Shown here: in pieces, positions 55,501 to 63,463 of the stretch
Layout: each line of letters opens with the position of its first letter
Position numbering within the stretch: the stretch's first letter is position 1
Virus record (IMG/VR): IMGVR_UViG_2841454579_000002
Location: 11,039-75,038 of that record
Length of the DNA stretch: 64,000 nt
DNA from: a virus
Taxonomy: Duplodnaviria; Caudoviricetes
Direction: 5' to 3' (one strand)
Notes under the pieces: model-generated
What the model was told of the DNA's origin: nothing
What the model saw: the letters and a program-made list of their open reading frames with translations, nothing else
Database searches by the model: none
Translations under genes and position numbers: made by a program

Positions 55501-57133
55501 CCGTAGGGTTACCGGTGTGGCCTCTCTTACAGAGGTTGCCGCAAAGGGTACTAACTACGTACAGGCAGCCTTTAACGCTGATAACGGCCAAATGTACCGT
55601 GACTTCGGAAAGGTACTGCCGGCACTGACACGCAATGCAGTTGATGATTCAGCTGAACGTATGGACATTGACTTCGATCCGGAAACCGTGAAAGAAGCGA
55701 TGATGATTCCAACATTCAGCCCTGACGGACGTGTTACCGATTACCGGTATGAAATGTCAGAGGAAAACCGCGATAAGATTCTGGAAAAGCAGTATGACGT
55801 AGGTGAAGTGGTTGGTGGTATCGCCGGTAGCATCGTGGACCGTACAAATACGAAATCACGCAATGAGCAGATGATTGACGTACTGTATGACCAGTATGCT
55901 AACGACAAGAACCCGACCGCATCTAACTACGTGAAGGTCAGCGCAGATGCAAAAGATCCTGTTATCCGTGAATACTGGGACTTACTGCCACGGGATGCCA
56001 AGTTACATGCCAGGGATAAGTTTGGACGCCCACACTTAATGGTGCGCCGTGACTTGCTCAACCTGACGTTTGGCTACCGTAAGTGGTCAGCTGCCGAGAT
56101 ATTCAAGGCCGACAGAGATAAGCAGCATATGCTTACTAAAGCCTTCAGAACCGCAGTGGAAATGACACTGGGTAAAGTGTTCGGGGATAAGCTGATACTT
56201 CGTATCCAGCAGACTGAGAATGTAGTACAGACCATCGTGAAGATGATCAAAGACTCCATTATCGTCAAATCCCTGTTTACCACCGTGTTCAACATCGTGA
56301 GTAACGGCTATTTCCTCAACCTTGCCGGTGTTCCCCTGAGACAGGGTATCACTGACACTGTGAAAGGCTGGCGATATGCGAGTGCCTACAACACACTGAA
56401 AAAGCGGCAATATGCATTGCAGCGGCAGCTGGCCGTAACCGGTACAGGCTCAAAGCGCGAATCTCTACGGAGTGAACTTGCAGAAGTCACCACGGAAATG
56501 TCGGCCAATCCTGTACATGAGTTAATGGAAGCTGGCTTATTTCAGACCATCGTTGAAGACATTGATACCGCTAAAGACCCGTTCAGTTATAAAACCAAAC
56601 TGACACAGCGTATAGATGATGTCCTGACAAACAAACGTCTGGGACCGGTGAATAAGTTCGGCAAATTCCTGTTCGTGACCCAGGACACCCAGTTTTACGA
56701 TATGCTCAATCAGCCTATTCAAATGTCAGACTTCGCTGCACGATACGCGCAGTACCGTCACCTGACAGAAACAGCTGAGAACAAGTTAAGTAAATCGGAT
56801 GCGCTGGCCAAGGTAAGCCGGAACTTCGTTAACTACGATATTCCGACAAGCCAGGGATTACAGTACCTCAATGATATGGGACTGCTGTACTTCACAAAGT
56901 ATGCCTTACGTATTCAGCGACCAGTGTATGAGTTGTTCAGGGAACAGCCGGCATCGACTTTGGCGAACATGTTCCTGATCGGAAACATGGGTATACCGTC
57001 ACCGGTAGATGCTGCATGGTTCCAGTCCAGTATTCTTGACAAGATTGGAAACCCTGTCAGTACCGGATTAAACGCATGGGATGAGATACTGCCGATAAAC
57101 GGAATACTTCATGCCATGGGCTTTAAATCATAA
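46559..57133 (+). CDS. Virion-encapsidated RNA polymerase (N4 gp50-like vRNAP)
   Basis: 3524 aa with no Cys seen; NPQTSKIHR, motif A ELDGVTNG, motif B KEPLMQRVYGAG, motif C VHDG, HELIH, and C-terminal SDFAARY/FVNYD. Confidence 0.97.
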   Translation: MSNPLGSNLSAQKAQRVQQKVDSLTSLDRLIQESQRKETALTDWVMGNRADTERRAQIDGRAWAGQTELGTLSGQAKQLANRVLSGGANILGDWASAPGNAEANQYLSLLDDATRQALALELNNKALSPEQQQLLNTPVNDSRYNQGGYSYNGNVNRPMGNTGQTPRQIFAKYQEALKGAGENADYFTKDTWIEDAYNPLNREAQSKQFGYAWEDSGIEEAKGASETAGALADLTVEGLKALLSNPASTFEYAAESAPSAFATAVPGLGQANSAAYALNTQAENLRKADKENKVVSTDKQAELAAEAALGGILDFAGDSATRAISGIKKLGKTDVTKATTEATKEVAKESVASAKEVLTKAAKGTGGMATEGVTEAVQTAIENDALGEDFDLKEDGRDIYEAGMIGVGASGATAAAVRTPQAVATSTNAVNTVSSAAAAKVGNLNEARKQRTEEAQKVADEQVRAEIDSGNYTTLVENSLSDGENTEKVSIDDGIRNIRARHEAALTSDATQEQKEALGDEALIEATQLQSAIAEKLESLETEITNTSDPKVRASLEKQADKLVDQENRVTDAVNNMFARQETISNTAQAVDSVVNAEQRDDKFEVDAQRIFKSEMYSPESITLEDVESLLQSRHWTPEERTRLQNAAAVKEAALAATEQRTSSTVDGVNNDLVKGRAAGTYDKADRGATSALQYQAEITQLIDAGDTNTARQKLRRLEALANSQTRKADDFERAFAPWSRGGIPDITDEDQRAIDYVAANYKMRGSRKDGSRSYQIYERSGRMVKSVRAEANLLNAVVNNINGLMPAEEQVSAPVTESVATPTAAPEAPVTEVAETTAQPEVTAATTAASTENTPADAIPDTITPEEQESQSVSVSDDTSTEDTTVESVGLTDEELPAQDEPELSDTEKQLSEMRLNENRLDATIREAKRKLNNKALIRSEAMDNLGFLGEPNTPIEKQAVKRETRRITQELLDTIATAKSDISDSASARKYLEGREEGYHAADRLLAGNKTLNKFFKKSDRVRSIIAEVPHVIQRLRELPSLLLTDSDSVSGLTTQQKNAVEHFTAFAPGFAKIINQMAKPTDPSYDTQNLHNTLLENGKYPESVTAAMSMAAYNWVATSSMDALFNKKATVGQMFGVKEEKVNHDLHQLMMTRGLPEDWITRQLGRDIIKMLGLSLNDENGSTVHLSRLEFQLGQVTLSAMLNAQLVEGVQTSWADIKGAASKKVNAEIKKSGRYTGTDKSPALYNTFLPKYNPDAPLFSDEQLDGRARDIYEVNKDTGRILSEALSIGNPTRMPSFKPITKLPAHMKRTIKKLPQKMQDAILKAQQTPMGISSDTDTLVNLLGDAEQKLVFNFHTEEEMRLAPKRKRKAMEAVNAGLQRELDNYNEFREAMELSKGGLGKPFYLPMESWKYGRLGYSSSVNPQTSKIHRGLIGVKAWKRDIKLDNEQAVNLFKLGVAQGFGIDIDKMQIESSLGQFGTLVTEDTRIQEAAEAAVALVEGGVDPLSAEGQIARALVTDVVRQYKEGTHTLRALMNYGRYLQALDDPDEKSFSTDLWVELDGVTNGVAIGTMLYGNGTADNMKEMLKKGGFFFDGQRSLGNAIEGGQRDFYQTLTDRWNQLLQEDLSSYPAEHPIHAVMKTIMDTVTKNGTDIPRALGKEPLMQRVYGAGDDTIEAILGQEFLDKFDDRIEKAIVDNDPQGSLTALQALNRELQRLTNSKENFIPVTKGMSVKDMRDLEMPNYQQNMIADAVIRNMAAPLAGAIDEQFNDFKENRQNYVDGMQQLNATFADLTDMLMEDARQALIKAGKLEKNQPLPRKVFNDLMSKFHTIMPNVQYAYSQNAEEQTQVAEIGETIDQKQNASTSFAKNIPLKLKGAWRKGLSAKARRDTVTREIGVGSGVQNIHAFDAAMAAHLLTEVGAFNVHDGFPVSVLDAVKAGQSLNSEMAAQIGKLNPYQHLLDQMLAMEEAIESLVQAGRISKSKQGKLVATLYGRDTWQNRQKDILPSLQKNAEYQNDVSKKVMDDLEYLVQYNFEGAGYETEKGRNNRALDEAGNPVPSRTRSAPEAPKPAETTKTTQVKEEAEQKNIRTRNDYGELRDPSVAVTDPFQILFEKAVKETTNVREVLHMLMKDRKVKTLNAGILKMLAKHVPPDLTFKVVGDEAYNSVNNMMTVALGVYDPNDREIMLRSSDYKHSGTTLETVAHELIHAMTSDLVNRVQNGEIKDPQSVKAVEKLEELRTEIAEKASKAGIRLNSEATRNIKELIAYGFTNREFIEQLKNIKTKQRRNGGLIDMFTSFVSRITNAIFKGESSPKTDSAVRQVIELGASLIESQARLLPRGTESVYAADMQRIRKMTPAELVQAFAERNADRDTDHTEYLKEIQQSLINSVAGLNGKELFDAEEALGDEFDQFVTHLNNNTTPFVSNLRDTFPMPEEELYVAEQLESVLGSSLNTYSFERTQLRKAWLSAKEALTWESFLPFEQAKLDPSEVAKAKAKYDYLFSPSGLNAGNIEQSDIAGRNIDSRQADYLTRFAVVGATHLPVRQLLENIENRASDTPEGSIYRQVQHYISRILGRLVDLLNGNVNLSRTVRDAHDSLLGRLAQKNYDTRRKLDVLERTEQKLRSGADDLIKQGVKAAVNSKAFGSVRTTRVPFVAATAGLVELAVKDRVGKVTQMIKDDIKNNKQTPQSNVALAVDEVIGDTVNNEEMLKQLRYTNRDIEQKRTFVSKNLSQIIHEGFKTRLNKHQSKAVTKALIKSDVPSLLAHGYTMEQVAELLASNEAVHAEAAKLEQQLSELPHFAKYVAHSKALGFYMARNVATTRNLIKNAYGIANMFGYGLAVSQEEAQAAEPLIEQLASLYAIKYTDAASKALALEVVRTENARKDGQNGAEYLLRQYQDIREESQEQLFHGDPALMTKGFISEIHNPYVSLDWAVPGSEKAKQLEAMGYIKRDGLIAKDRMLDNEQHVHLYTVRDGGMRRRVTGVASLTEVAAKGTNYVQAAFNADNGQMYRDFGKVLPALTRNAVDDSAERMDIDFDPETVKEAMMIPTFSPDGRVTDYRYEMSEENRDKILEKQYDVGEVVGGIAGSIVDRTNTKSRNEQMIDVLYDQYANDKNPTASNYVKVSADAKDPVIREYWDLLPRDAKLHARDKFGRPHLMVRRDLLNLTFGYRKWSAAEIFKADRDKQHMLTKAFRTAVEMTLGKVFGDKLILRIQQTENVVQTIVKMIKDSIIVKSLFTTVFNIVSNGYFLNLAGVPLRQGITDTVKGWRYASAYNTLKKRQYALQRQLAVTGTGSKRESLRSELAEVTTEMSANPVHELMEAGLFQTIVEDIDTAKDPFSYKTKLTQRIDDVLTNKRLGPVNKFGKFLFVTQDTQFYDMLNQPIQMSDFAARYAQYRHLTETAENKLSKSDALAKVSRNFVNYDIPTSQGLQYLNDMGLLYFTKYALRIQRPVYELFREQPASTLANMFLIGNMGIPSPVDAAWFQSSILDKIGNPVSTGLNAWDEILPINGILHAMGFKS

Positions 57134-57135
57134 AT

Positions 57136-57158
57136 AAAAAGGGGCGTTAAGCCCCTTT
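57136..57158. terminator. Bidirectional terminator between convergent late and replication operons
   Basis: AAAAAGGGGC-GTTAA-GCCCCTTT. Confidence 0.8.
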
Positions 57159-57161
57159 GTC

Positions 57162-57452
57162 TTACTTTAAGGACAGGAGAAATGCCACTAAACACGCTGC
57201 CGTAATCACCAACCCTGCACGTAAATACATCTTACGTGATGTATCAGGGGTAGTAGTTTCCTCTACTACTCTGGGTTTGTGGGTGATAGTGGGCGTAATG
57301 ACGTGACCTTGTTCCCTTAATAAACGGACACGTGACCCAACACTTGCAGCAGTCCGGCCAAGGATATCAGCGACTTCCCGATACATCAGGCGGTCTTCGT
57401 TAACCAGGCGGATAATAGTTTCATCTTCTTGTGGGGTATATAAAGCGGGCAT
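57162..57452 (-). CDS. HTH protein with a C-terminal membrane anchor
   Basis: YTPQEDETI...YREVADILGRTAASVGSR plus C-terminal AGLVITAACLVAFLLSLK. Confidence 0.75.
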   Translation of the reverse strand: MPALYTPQEDETIIRLVNEDRLMYREVADILGRTAASVGSRVRLLREQGHVITPTITHKPRVVEETTTPDTSRKMYLRAGLVITAACLVAFLLSLK

Positions 57453-57464
57453 AGCTTCTCTCAA

Positions 57465-57492
57465 TAAAAAAAGACCTCTAATCAAAGAGGTC
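57465..57492 (-). terminator. Rho-independent terminator
   Basis: GACCTCT/AGAGGTC stem plus T7. Confidence 0.7.
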
Positions 57493-57714
57493 AGGGTTTT
57501 CTTTTTTAAATTCAGCGTCAGCCTTTTTGATAGCTTCCTTTATGTTGGGGGCTTGTTTGATAAGCCACACCAATCCCGCTACAGCGCATATCCCCAACAG
57601 GACGGCGAGAAATATAGAAAGGAAGTATGTCACGGCTACGACCACCCCGACACATACACACACAAGTATGATAGTCAGGATGGTTTTGAGGAATGACCAG
57701 GCCTTTTTAAGCAT
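57478..57714 (-). CDS. Small membrane protein
   Basis: Long hydrophobic stretch; coupled to the upstream gene. Confidence 0.7.
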   Translation of the reverse strand: MLKKAWSFLKTILTIILVCVCVGVVVAVTYFLSIFLAVLLGICAVAGLVWLIKQAPNIKEAIKKADAEFKKENPDLFD

Positions 57715-58184
57715 CAGGCGAACAGTGATTTCTTATTAGGTTGTTCGTCAGCTTTGAAAGGTGGCTTTTCATCTTCCGGCTCAACTACTGCAGATTTCTT
57801 CACACCGGCGAATAAAGACTTTTTAGGCTTTTCTTCTTCCTGTGGTGCTTCTTCTGTAGTTTCCGGCTCGGCGGTTTCTTCAGCAGCAGGTTCTTCCTTT
57901 GCAGGTTCCGGTTCCTGTTCGGCTTCGTCTTCTGCTTCAGGGGCTTCTTCGGCTACCGGCTCAGGAGACTTCTGTTTACGGCGGCGGCGCTTAGGTGCAG
58001 GCTTAGCTTCGGCTTCTGGATTGGCTACGGCAGCAACATCAGTGTTGATTGCGGCTGTGACTTCAGTACCGTCAATTTGTAATTCAACGGTGAACGGTTG
58101 TTCTGCCAGATTAAGTACGTTGGCCGCCTTAATGTGTTGTTCGATAATCGTAGTGATATCGGATTCTTCTAATAAAATTTTCAC
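57714..58184 (-). CDS. Acidic low-complexity protein (N4-like, downstream of the resolvase)
   Basis: MKILLEESDI N-terminus, E/P/A-rich tail, two KKSLFA motifs. Confidence 0.8.
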   Translation of the reverse strand: MKILLEESDITTIIEQHIKAANVLNLAEQPFTVELQIDGTEVTAAINTDVAAVANPEAEAKPAPKRRRRKQKSPEPVAEEAPEAEDEAEQEPEPAKEEPAAEETAEPETTEEAPQEEEKPKKSLFAGVKKSAVVEPEDEKPPFKADEQPNKKSLFA

Positions 58185-58738
58185 GCTCTGATCTTCCTGT
58201 GAAAGCTGAGTAATTGTTTGAAGGTGTCCGTTTGCATGCCTGCTTCTACAGCGGCAACGGCATCGGCTAAGTGTTCGTTCTTAGCTGTGATCACCTGATG
58301 GCCGTTACGCTTCTGCGTAAGCCATTTTACGTTTGGATACTTATTGACTGCCCACGTGATCATGTCCTGCTTGGTGGCGTTCTTATCGCCGGTAGCAGCC
58401 AGTTTCACTTCATTAGGGGTCACTTCAATAAGGGGGATTTTGATACCGGCAAGCAGCTGGACGCATGCACCGTATGACATCATTGCACGGGCTGACTGAC
58501 TCCCTACGGGTACTTCTACAAATATGAGGTCTACGCCTTCGATAAACTTATGAAGTCCGTCATGGAGTTCACGGCAGCGTTGCAGGTCTTGGGAGTTCTT
58601 CCGTACCTGCTTCTTCGCTGATTTGTCCGCACTGGTTTGGACCAGTTTCAGTTCGTGCGGGTCAAAGGCCACTCCGTCAAAGTGGCCCTTTACCATCCCC
58701 AAGTTTGATAGGCTTGGATCCAGTCCCGCGACAATCAT
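58181..58738 (-). CDS. RuvC-like Holliday junction resolvase (N4 gp46-like)
   Basis: GLDPSLSNLG, FVEVPVGSQSARA, ATKQDMI and EHLADA. Confidence 0.9.
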   Translation of the reverse strand: MIVAGLDPSLSNLGMVKGHFDGVAFDPHELKLVQTSADKSAKKQVRKNSQDLQRCRELHDGLHKFIEGVDLIFVEVPVGSQSARAMMSYGACVQLLAGIKIPLIEVTPNEVKLAATGDKNATKQDMITWAVNKYPNVKWLTQKRNGHQVITAKNEHLADAVAAVEAGMQTDTFKQLLSFHRKIRA

Positions 58739-59475
58739 TACTTAAACAGGCTCTTTACACCTGAACGGGCTTTGTCACCGCCAGACTTAGGTGGCGCACC
58801 TTTAGTTGCACCGTTACCGGAAGCACCTTTGGCACGGTTGATTACCTGGCCTTTGTTCTTTTCGGTCCAGACATCAATGAACGTAGCTTCTTCAGCTTCA
58901 GACTGGATTTCAGTCACGGTCATTTTGTCAGATGCACGGAAGAACTTAACGACTTCGTTTTGCTGACGTGTCTCACCAGATGCAACGTACTTGCCCTGAT
59001 CGTTCTTAACACGCTTGTCCACTTCCTGCAGTTCTACTGCGGCAATGATTTCTTTGTCCAGCAGATCTACCAGCATCTGTACTTTGGTTGGCAGTTCTTT
59101 CTTCGCATCGAAATCGTAAAGGTTGATCACCTTCTCTTCGGTGTCCAGATCACCGATTTCTTCACCTACAGATAGCAGGGTCATGGTGTTACCCAGAATG
59201 AAGCCAGGCAGGTACTGTTCGTTACCTTCCTTATCGGTGTACGTATTACTCAGACCTTTTTCCTCACCGGAAGTCAGGTATGTAGTTTGCGTTACTGAAC
59301 CGGCTTCTGACTCCAGTTGGAAGTTCAGGCTGATTGCACCGCTTTTGGCGGCGTCCAGGAAGGCATACTTAATTTTCATCGGGTATGCGTCAGTTTCCAG
59401 CATACGACGACCACCTACACGGTCAGAATCCAGATTGATATCTTTTTTGGTTTTCAGGGCATTTTTAAGTGACAT
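58738..59475 (-). CDS. ssb: Single-stranded DNA-binding protein / late transcription activator (N4 gp45-like)
   Basis: DRVGG, YLPGF, YDFDAKKELPT, GETRQQNEVVKFF and C-terminal KSLFK. Confidence 0.92.
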   Translation of the reverse strand: MSLKNALKTKKDINLDSDRVGGRRMLETDAYPMKIKYAFLDAAKSGAISLNFQLESEAGSVTQTTYLTSGEEKGLSNTYTDKEGNEQYLPGFILGNTMTLLSVGEEIGDLDTEEKVINLYDFDAKKELPTKVQMLVDLLDKEIIAAVELQEVDKRVKNDQGKYVASGETRQQNEVVKFFRASDKMTVTEIQSEAEEATFIDVWTEKNKGQVINRAKGASGNGATKGAPPKSGGDKARSGVKSLFK

Positions 59476-59488
59476 AGTGGCAATTACC

Positions 59489-60220
59489 TTAGTTGTAGTA
59501 TTCGTTCAGACGGTCGAGCACTTTCTGTGCATCGTTATCAATGAAAGTTTCTTCCATTTCCCACAGGCCCATAGGACCGCGCATACGCTCGTTTACTGTT
59601 TTCTCAGTAATCTGTGTTTGGAAGACGTGTTTGTAGCCGAGGGCTTTTTCCTGCGGGGTGACGTTCAGAAGTTCTGACTCATCAGTCAGGTCTTTCAGCT
59701 TCATCTTTTTGGCTGCAATGATGCAGGAGAAGTAGCTTTCAACACCTTGGTTCTTGATAGCACCTTTAGCCGGTACTTTCGTTTCAAGGACCATATCTGC
59801 TTCGTTCAGTTGATCGACAACGTGAGCAAGGAAGATGACATTTTTAGAACTGCCGGCAACGTGGTGTTGCATCAGACGCTTAAAGTACTGGGTATAATCA
59901 CCCCAGGCCTTCATGGTGTTCTCTGAGTTCAGTACATACACTGACTCATACATGTCCATCAGGTAGTTGAGTGAATCGACTACGATGGTGTGTACATGGG
60001 CCATATCATCGGTTTCAGCCATTTCAAAGGCTTCTTCCACTTGCAGCGGGTCAGTTACAACCAGTTCCATGAACTTACTGCGGAAAGGTAATTTCTTACC
60101 TGATTCACAGTTGAGGTACATGACCCCTTCGGGGTTTTTCAGGTCTCGCAATGATGCAGATTTACCTACGGCAGACTTACCGCAGATCAGCACCAGATTG
60201 TCATTCACTTCGAGTGACAT
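59489..60220 (-). CDS. Sak4-like AAA ATPase (N4 gp44-like)
   Basis: GKSAVGKSASL, YLNCESGKKLPF, VVDSL and NERMRGPMG. Confidence 0.92.
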   Translation of the reverse strand: MSLEVNDNLVLICGKSAVGKSASLRDLKNPEGVMYLNCESGKKLPFRSKFMELVVTDPLQVEEAFEMAETDDMAHVHTIVVDSLNYLMDMYESVYVLNSENTMKAWGDYTQYFKRLMQHHVAGSSKNVIFLAHVVDQLNEADMVLETKVPAKGAIKNQGVESYFSCIIAAKKMKLKDLTDESELLNVTPQEKALGYKHVFQTQITEKTVNERMRGPMGLWEMEETFIDNDAQKVLDRLNEYYN

Positions 60221-60243
60221 GATGTTCTCCAAATTAAGAAAAG

Positions 60244-60270
60244 CGCAGTAGCCACCGAAGGGTGGCCACT
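60244..60270 (-). promoter_or_regulatory. Conserved hairpin motif, copy 5
   Basis: CGCAGTAGCCACCGAAGGGTGGCCACT. Confidence 0.55.
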
Positions 60271-60279
60271 TAGGGATGT

Positions 60280-62448
60280 TTAGGCAGCTTGTGCCTTGGC
60301 GAATGCTTTGCGGGCAGTGATCATGATCGTGGTGTGGATTTCGTCTTCCGGCAGTTTGTCAGCCAGCTTTTCGTTCAGGGCAAGTGTGGCCTGTTCTACC
60401 TGACTGAGTGTTTTACCGGAATCAACCAGCAGCAGGGCGTACTTAATCAACTGATTAGAGCGGTTACCCTGACCGGTGTTATTAACGAACCAGCGTTCAA
60501 GATTAGTGAGACTGGCTTGATCCAGCAGGCGTTGCTTACGTTCCTCATTCTTCGTGGTCTTCGGAATGAAGGAAACAGGGTCGAACAATTCACCATCCTG
60601 TACCAAGCAGTTACCTTCGTGGGATAGCCATTTACGGCTTCTCTGGCTTGTCTGTTCGTCAATGTCGAACGGGAGCCATGAGTACACTGCTTCCATAAAT
60701 TCACGGTAGTCAGTGCCATCCATCTTCAGGGTGTACTTCATCGGCAGTACGATACGGAATCTGTCTACGCCTTCCGTCTGGTGACGTTTAGTGGTGTAGA
60801 AGATTGCTTTGTAGTCGTGCAGCAGTGCCTGGGCGGTAGCCAAGGGCACGTCACCATCACAATCAATAACCAGCAGGTTAAATCCGGGCTTAGTTTTATC
60901 TTCGCACCGGTGTCCTTCCAATACATGGTGGGATACCCAGTGGATATCGTTCATCTGGGTCAGCTTGGCTAAGTTTTCCCAGGTGATAGTGTCGTTGAAG
61001 TAGTTGTAGGCCACATGGTCTGAGTAGCTTACTGTGAGGGCATCAGTGTCCGTTTCTTTCAGGCTTTCGCCTTTCAGGAACTCAATACCATCAATGAATT
61101 GCTTCTTAATGATGATGTTGTTCTGATAACCGTAGGCTACGGCCATGGTCAGCATTTCTGCTTTCTGGCTTTGGTTTCCCTTGAAGAAAGGTAAGTCTTC
61201 GACCAGTTCTACCTGAGTCACCGGACGGGTGGTACCGCCTAAGTACTTTGCCAGCTTAACGTATGGCCGGTCACGGGTAAGGAGACCCTGGAATGATGCT
61301 CCACTGTCCTCTACCACTGCGATAGCGTTATAGAGGTTAGTTGCTGTGATCTTCGCATTACCTTCAATGAAGGCGTACGTAGCAGCAAGTTTCATGGCCT
61401 TAAACCAGCGGTGTTCCATTTCGATGCGTTTGACCACATCAAACTCGCTCATTTCCTCTGCACGGTCTTTACACCACAGGTCGTACTCGATACGCAGAAT
61501 CTCTTCTTCGTAATCAAGTGCAATCTGGCGTTTGTAGTGCAGGGGGTCTGCCAGTTCCAGAAGCTGTTCAGCGAACTCTTCAATGAACTCCAGTGACTGT
61601 TTGGACACGTTACGCTGATAGATTTCTTCAGCGGTCATATCAAGGTTGCGGTTAACTGATTTCGCTATACCGAACAGGCAACGTCTGGCGTAACCTTTTT
61701 CCAGCATAGTGAAGAACTCTTCTTCCTTTTTACCACCGTCCATCAGCGAAGCCGGCGAACCGAACATAATAAGGTTACATGGTGTCTGGCCCTCAATATG
61801 GGTAAGACGCTGGTTGTCCTTAGTGTTCTTGGTAAGCGACTCTTTGATTTTACCTTTATCGTACAGTTCAAGGAACTTACTGAAGGCTTCTTGATTGCCA
61901 GTCAGGTTATCCCCGATTTCGTCAATCTCGAAATTAAGTGAGCCAGCATCTGCCATTAACAACTTGTGTCTGAACTGCTTCAGTGCTGCAGGAGTGGCGG
62001 AGTCGAATGACGGCAGCCACGTACCTGATGCTTTGAACTCAGCAATCAAGTCATCCATTTCATCGTCCGGATCGGTACTGTTACTGATAGAACGGCGCGT
62101 TGCCAGCTTCGCTAAGTTTTTCTCTGTAGCGTAGGGCAGCAACTCATCTTTAAAACGTTCGTTGAACAATCCGGCCACTTCTTCTTCAAGGAAGTTCATG
62201 GCTTTGGTTTTACCGAATCCCGATGGTGCCAGGTCCACTGCATACATATTAATAGGTAGTGGCTTCTGGTTGTGCGTCTTAATGGACGCCCGCATCTGTG
62301 ACGCTACTTTTGCAAGTGCGTAGCTGGTCAGTACACGGAAGAAGGTTGGCACATCATTTTCGCAGTAAGCGCACAGGTGTTGTGCAATGCGTTCTGCGGT
62401 GGGGTGAAATGTGATTTTGTCACGGTCAAATACTTTAAACTCTCTCAT
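60280..62448 (-). CDS. DNA primase (N4 gp43-like)
   Basis: APSGFGKT, EIDEIG, GYARR, LLVIDCDG, YTTKRH, RFRIVLP and GNRSNQL. Confidence 0.93.
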   Translation of the reverse strand: MREFKVFDRDKITFHPTAERIAQHLCAYCENDVPTFFRVLTSYALAKVASQMRASIKTHNQKPLPINMYAVDLAPSGFGKTKAMNFLEEEVAGLFNERFKDELLPYATEKNLAKLATRRSISNSTDPDDEMDDLIAEFKASGTWLPSFDSATPAALKQFRHKLLMADAGSLNFEIDEIGDNLTGNQEAFSKFLELYDKGKIKESLTKNTKDNQRLTHIEGQTPCNLIMFGSPASLMDGGKKEEEFFTMLEKGYARRCLFGIAKSVNRNLDMTAEEIYQRNVSKQSLEFIEEFAEQLLELADPLHYKRQIALDYEEEILRIEYDLWCKDRAEEMSEFDVVKRIEMEHRWFKAMKLAATYAFIEGNAKITATNLYNAIAVVEDSGASFQGLLTRDRPYVKLAKYLGGTTRPVTQVELVEDLPFFKGNQSQKAEMLTMAVAYGYQNNIIIKKQFIDGIEFLKGESLKETDTDALTVSYSDHVAYNYFNDTITWENLAKLTQMNDIHWVSHHVLEGHRCEDKTKPGFNLLVIDCDGDVPLATAQALLHDYKAIFYTTKRHQTEGVDRFRIVLPMKYTLKMDGTDYREFMEAVYSWLPFDIDEQTSQRSRKWLSHEGNCLVQDGELFDPVSFIPKTTKNEERKQRLLDQASLTNLERWFVNNTGQGNRSNQLIKYALLLVDSGKTLSQVEQATLALNEKLADKLPEDEIHTTIMITARKAFAKAQAA

Positions 62449-62449
62449 G

Positions 62450-63439
62450 CTATCCTCTAAGCGTAAGTTCGCCGGATGCGAGGTATCTTTGTGCCTGAGA
62501 ACAGATATCCATGGCTTTACAGAAACGACAGGCTTTTACTTCCCCGGGGAAAGTCTTAATTACACCTGAACCTTTCTGTCGCACGAAGCGTTCCGCTTCC
62601 CGCTTGTCGGTAAATCTACCGCCGCCTGATACTGCACGTCTGGCTTTATCGTCTTTATAGACTTTGAAGATAGTCTCGCTACGCCACAGATCTTCATCAG
62701 AGCATTCCGGCAGTTCGTCTTCCGGTACGTCTTTGAATCGTTTGATCAGGGCTATCTGGTTGCGTATGAACGACTCTGTTTCTTCCACTGGCTTGAGCAG
62801 CAGCTTATGTTCCAGAGTCCGTTGATTGGGGTAATTGGGCTCACGGGTACGGGAACCCTGCCAATCGGTGAAAATGAATTGAATCGCCATATCACTGCGC
62901 TTTATCTTGTCCGGATTAAGCCAGCGATATATAGAACCTTGCATGATGTATTTATCATCATTGGTTCGGTTCATGTAGGTGTAGACCGAGGTGGTCTTGA
63001 AGTCTTCTACTCGGCCATCACCGATGAAGTCAAATTTACCCGATACGATGAAGCCGTCTACTTCCCGTTCTGCACGGACTTCCAGATAAACTGGTATACA
63101 GCGTGGGTTTTCTTTCAGGAACTCTTCTGTCGGGTTTATCGCAACTCTGTCGATGACTTTCTGCGGGTAGCCCAGCTTCTCCATGTTAGTGCGGTAGTGT
63201 TCCTTCCATGCGGCTTCAATACCGTTGTGGATGGAACTTCCCATGGAACTTGGGATACGTCCAACAATGTCTTCTTTGCGTTCATCGTTTTCTACACGAT
63301 TAGACAGGATGAATTGCTTGAGGGGTTTCAGTAGCGATGTGGCGGAAATGTGATTACTGCGATCATCGTAGTCGTAGTCATCATGTGCCAGCCACACGCC
63401 AATGGATAGTGGCAGTCCACTATGATTGGTATATAGCAT
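62450..63439 (-). CDS. PD-(D/E)XK exonuclease (N4 gp42-like)
   Basis: ISATSLLKP, SGKFDFIGDGRVEDFKTT and C-terminal CRFCKAMDIC. Confidence 0.92.
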   Translation of the reverse strand: MLYTNHSGLPLSIGVWLAHDDYDYDDRSNHISATSLLKPLKQFILSNRVENDERKEDIVGRIPSSMGSSIHNGIEAAWKEHYRTNMEKLGYPQKVIDRVAINPTEEFLKENPRCIPVYLEVRAEREVDGFIVSGKFDFIGDGRVEDFKTTSVYTYMNRTNDDKYIMQGSIYRWLNPDKIKRSDMAIQFIFTDWQGSRTREPNYPNQRTLEHKLLLKPVEETESFIRNQIALIKRFKDVPEDELPECSDEDLWRSETIFKVYKDDKARRAVSGGGRFTDKREAERFVRQKGSGVIKTFPGEVKACRFCKAMDICSQAQRYLASGELTLRG

Positions 63440-63463
63440 CGTTGATTCCTTCACGGATTAAAC

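Noticed and set aside
59123-59677. 184-aa + strand ORF, and similar antisense ORFs across the window
   Set aside because: Shadow frames of well-supported genes, with Ser-rich composition from codon bias.
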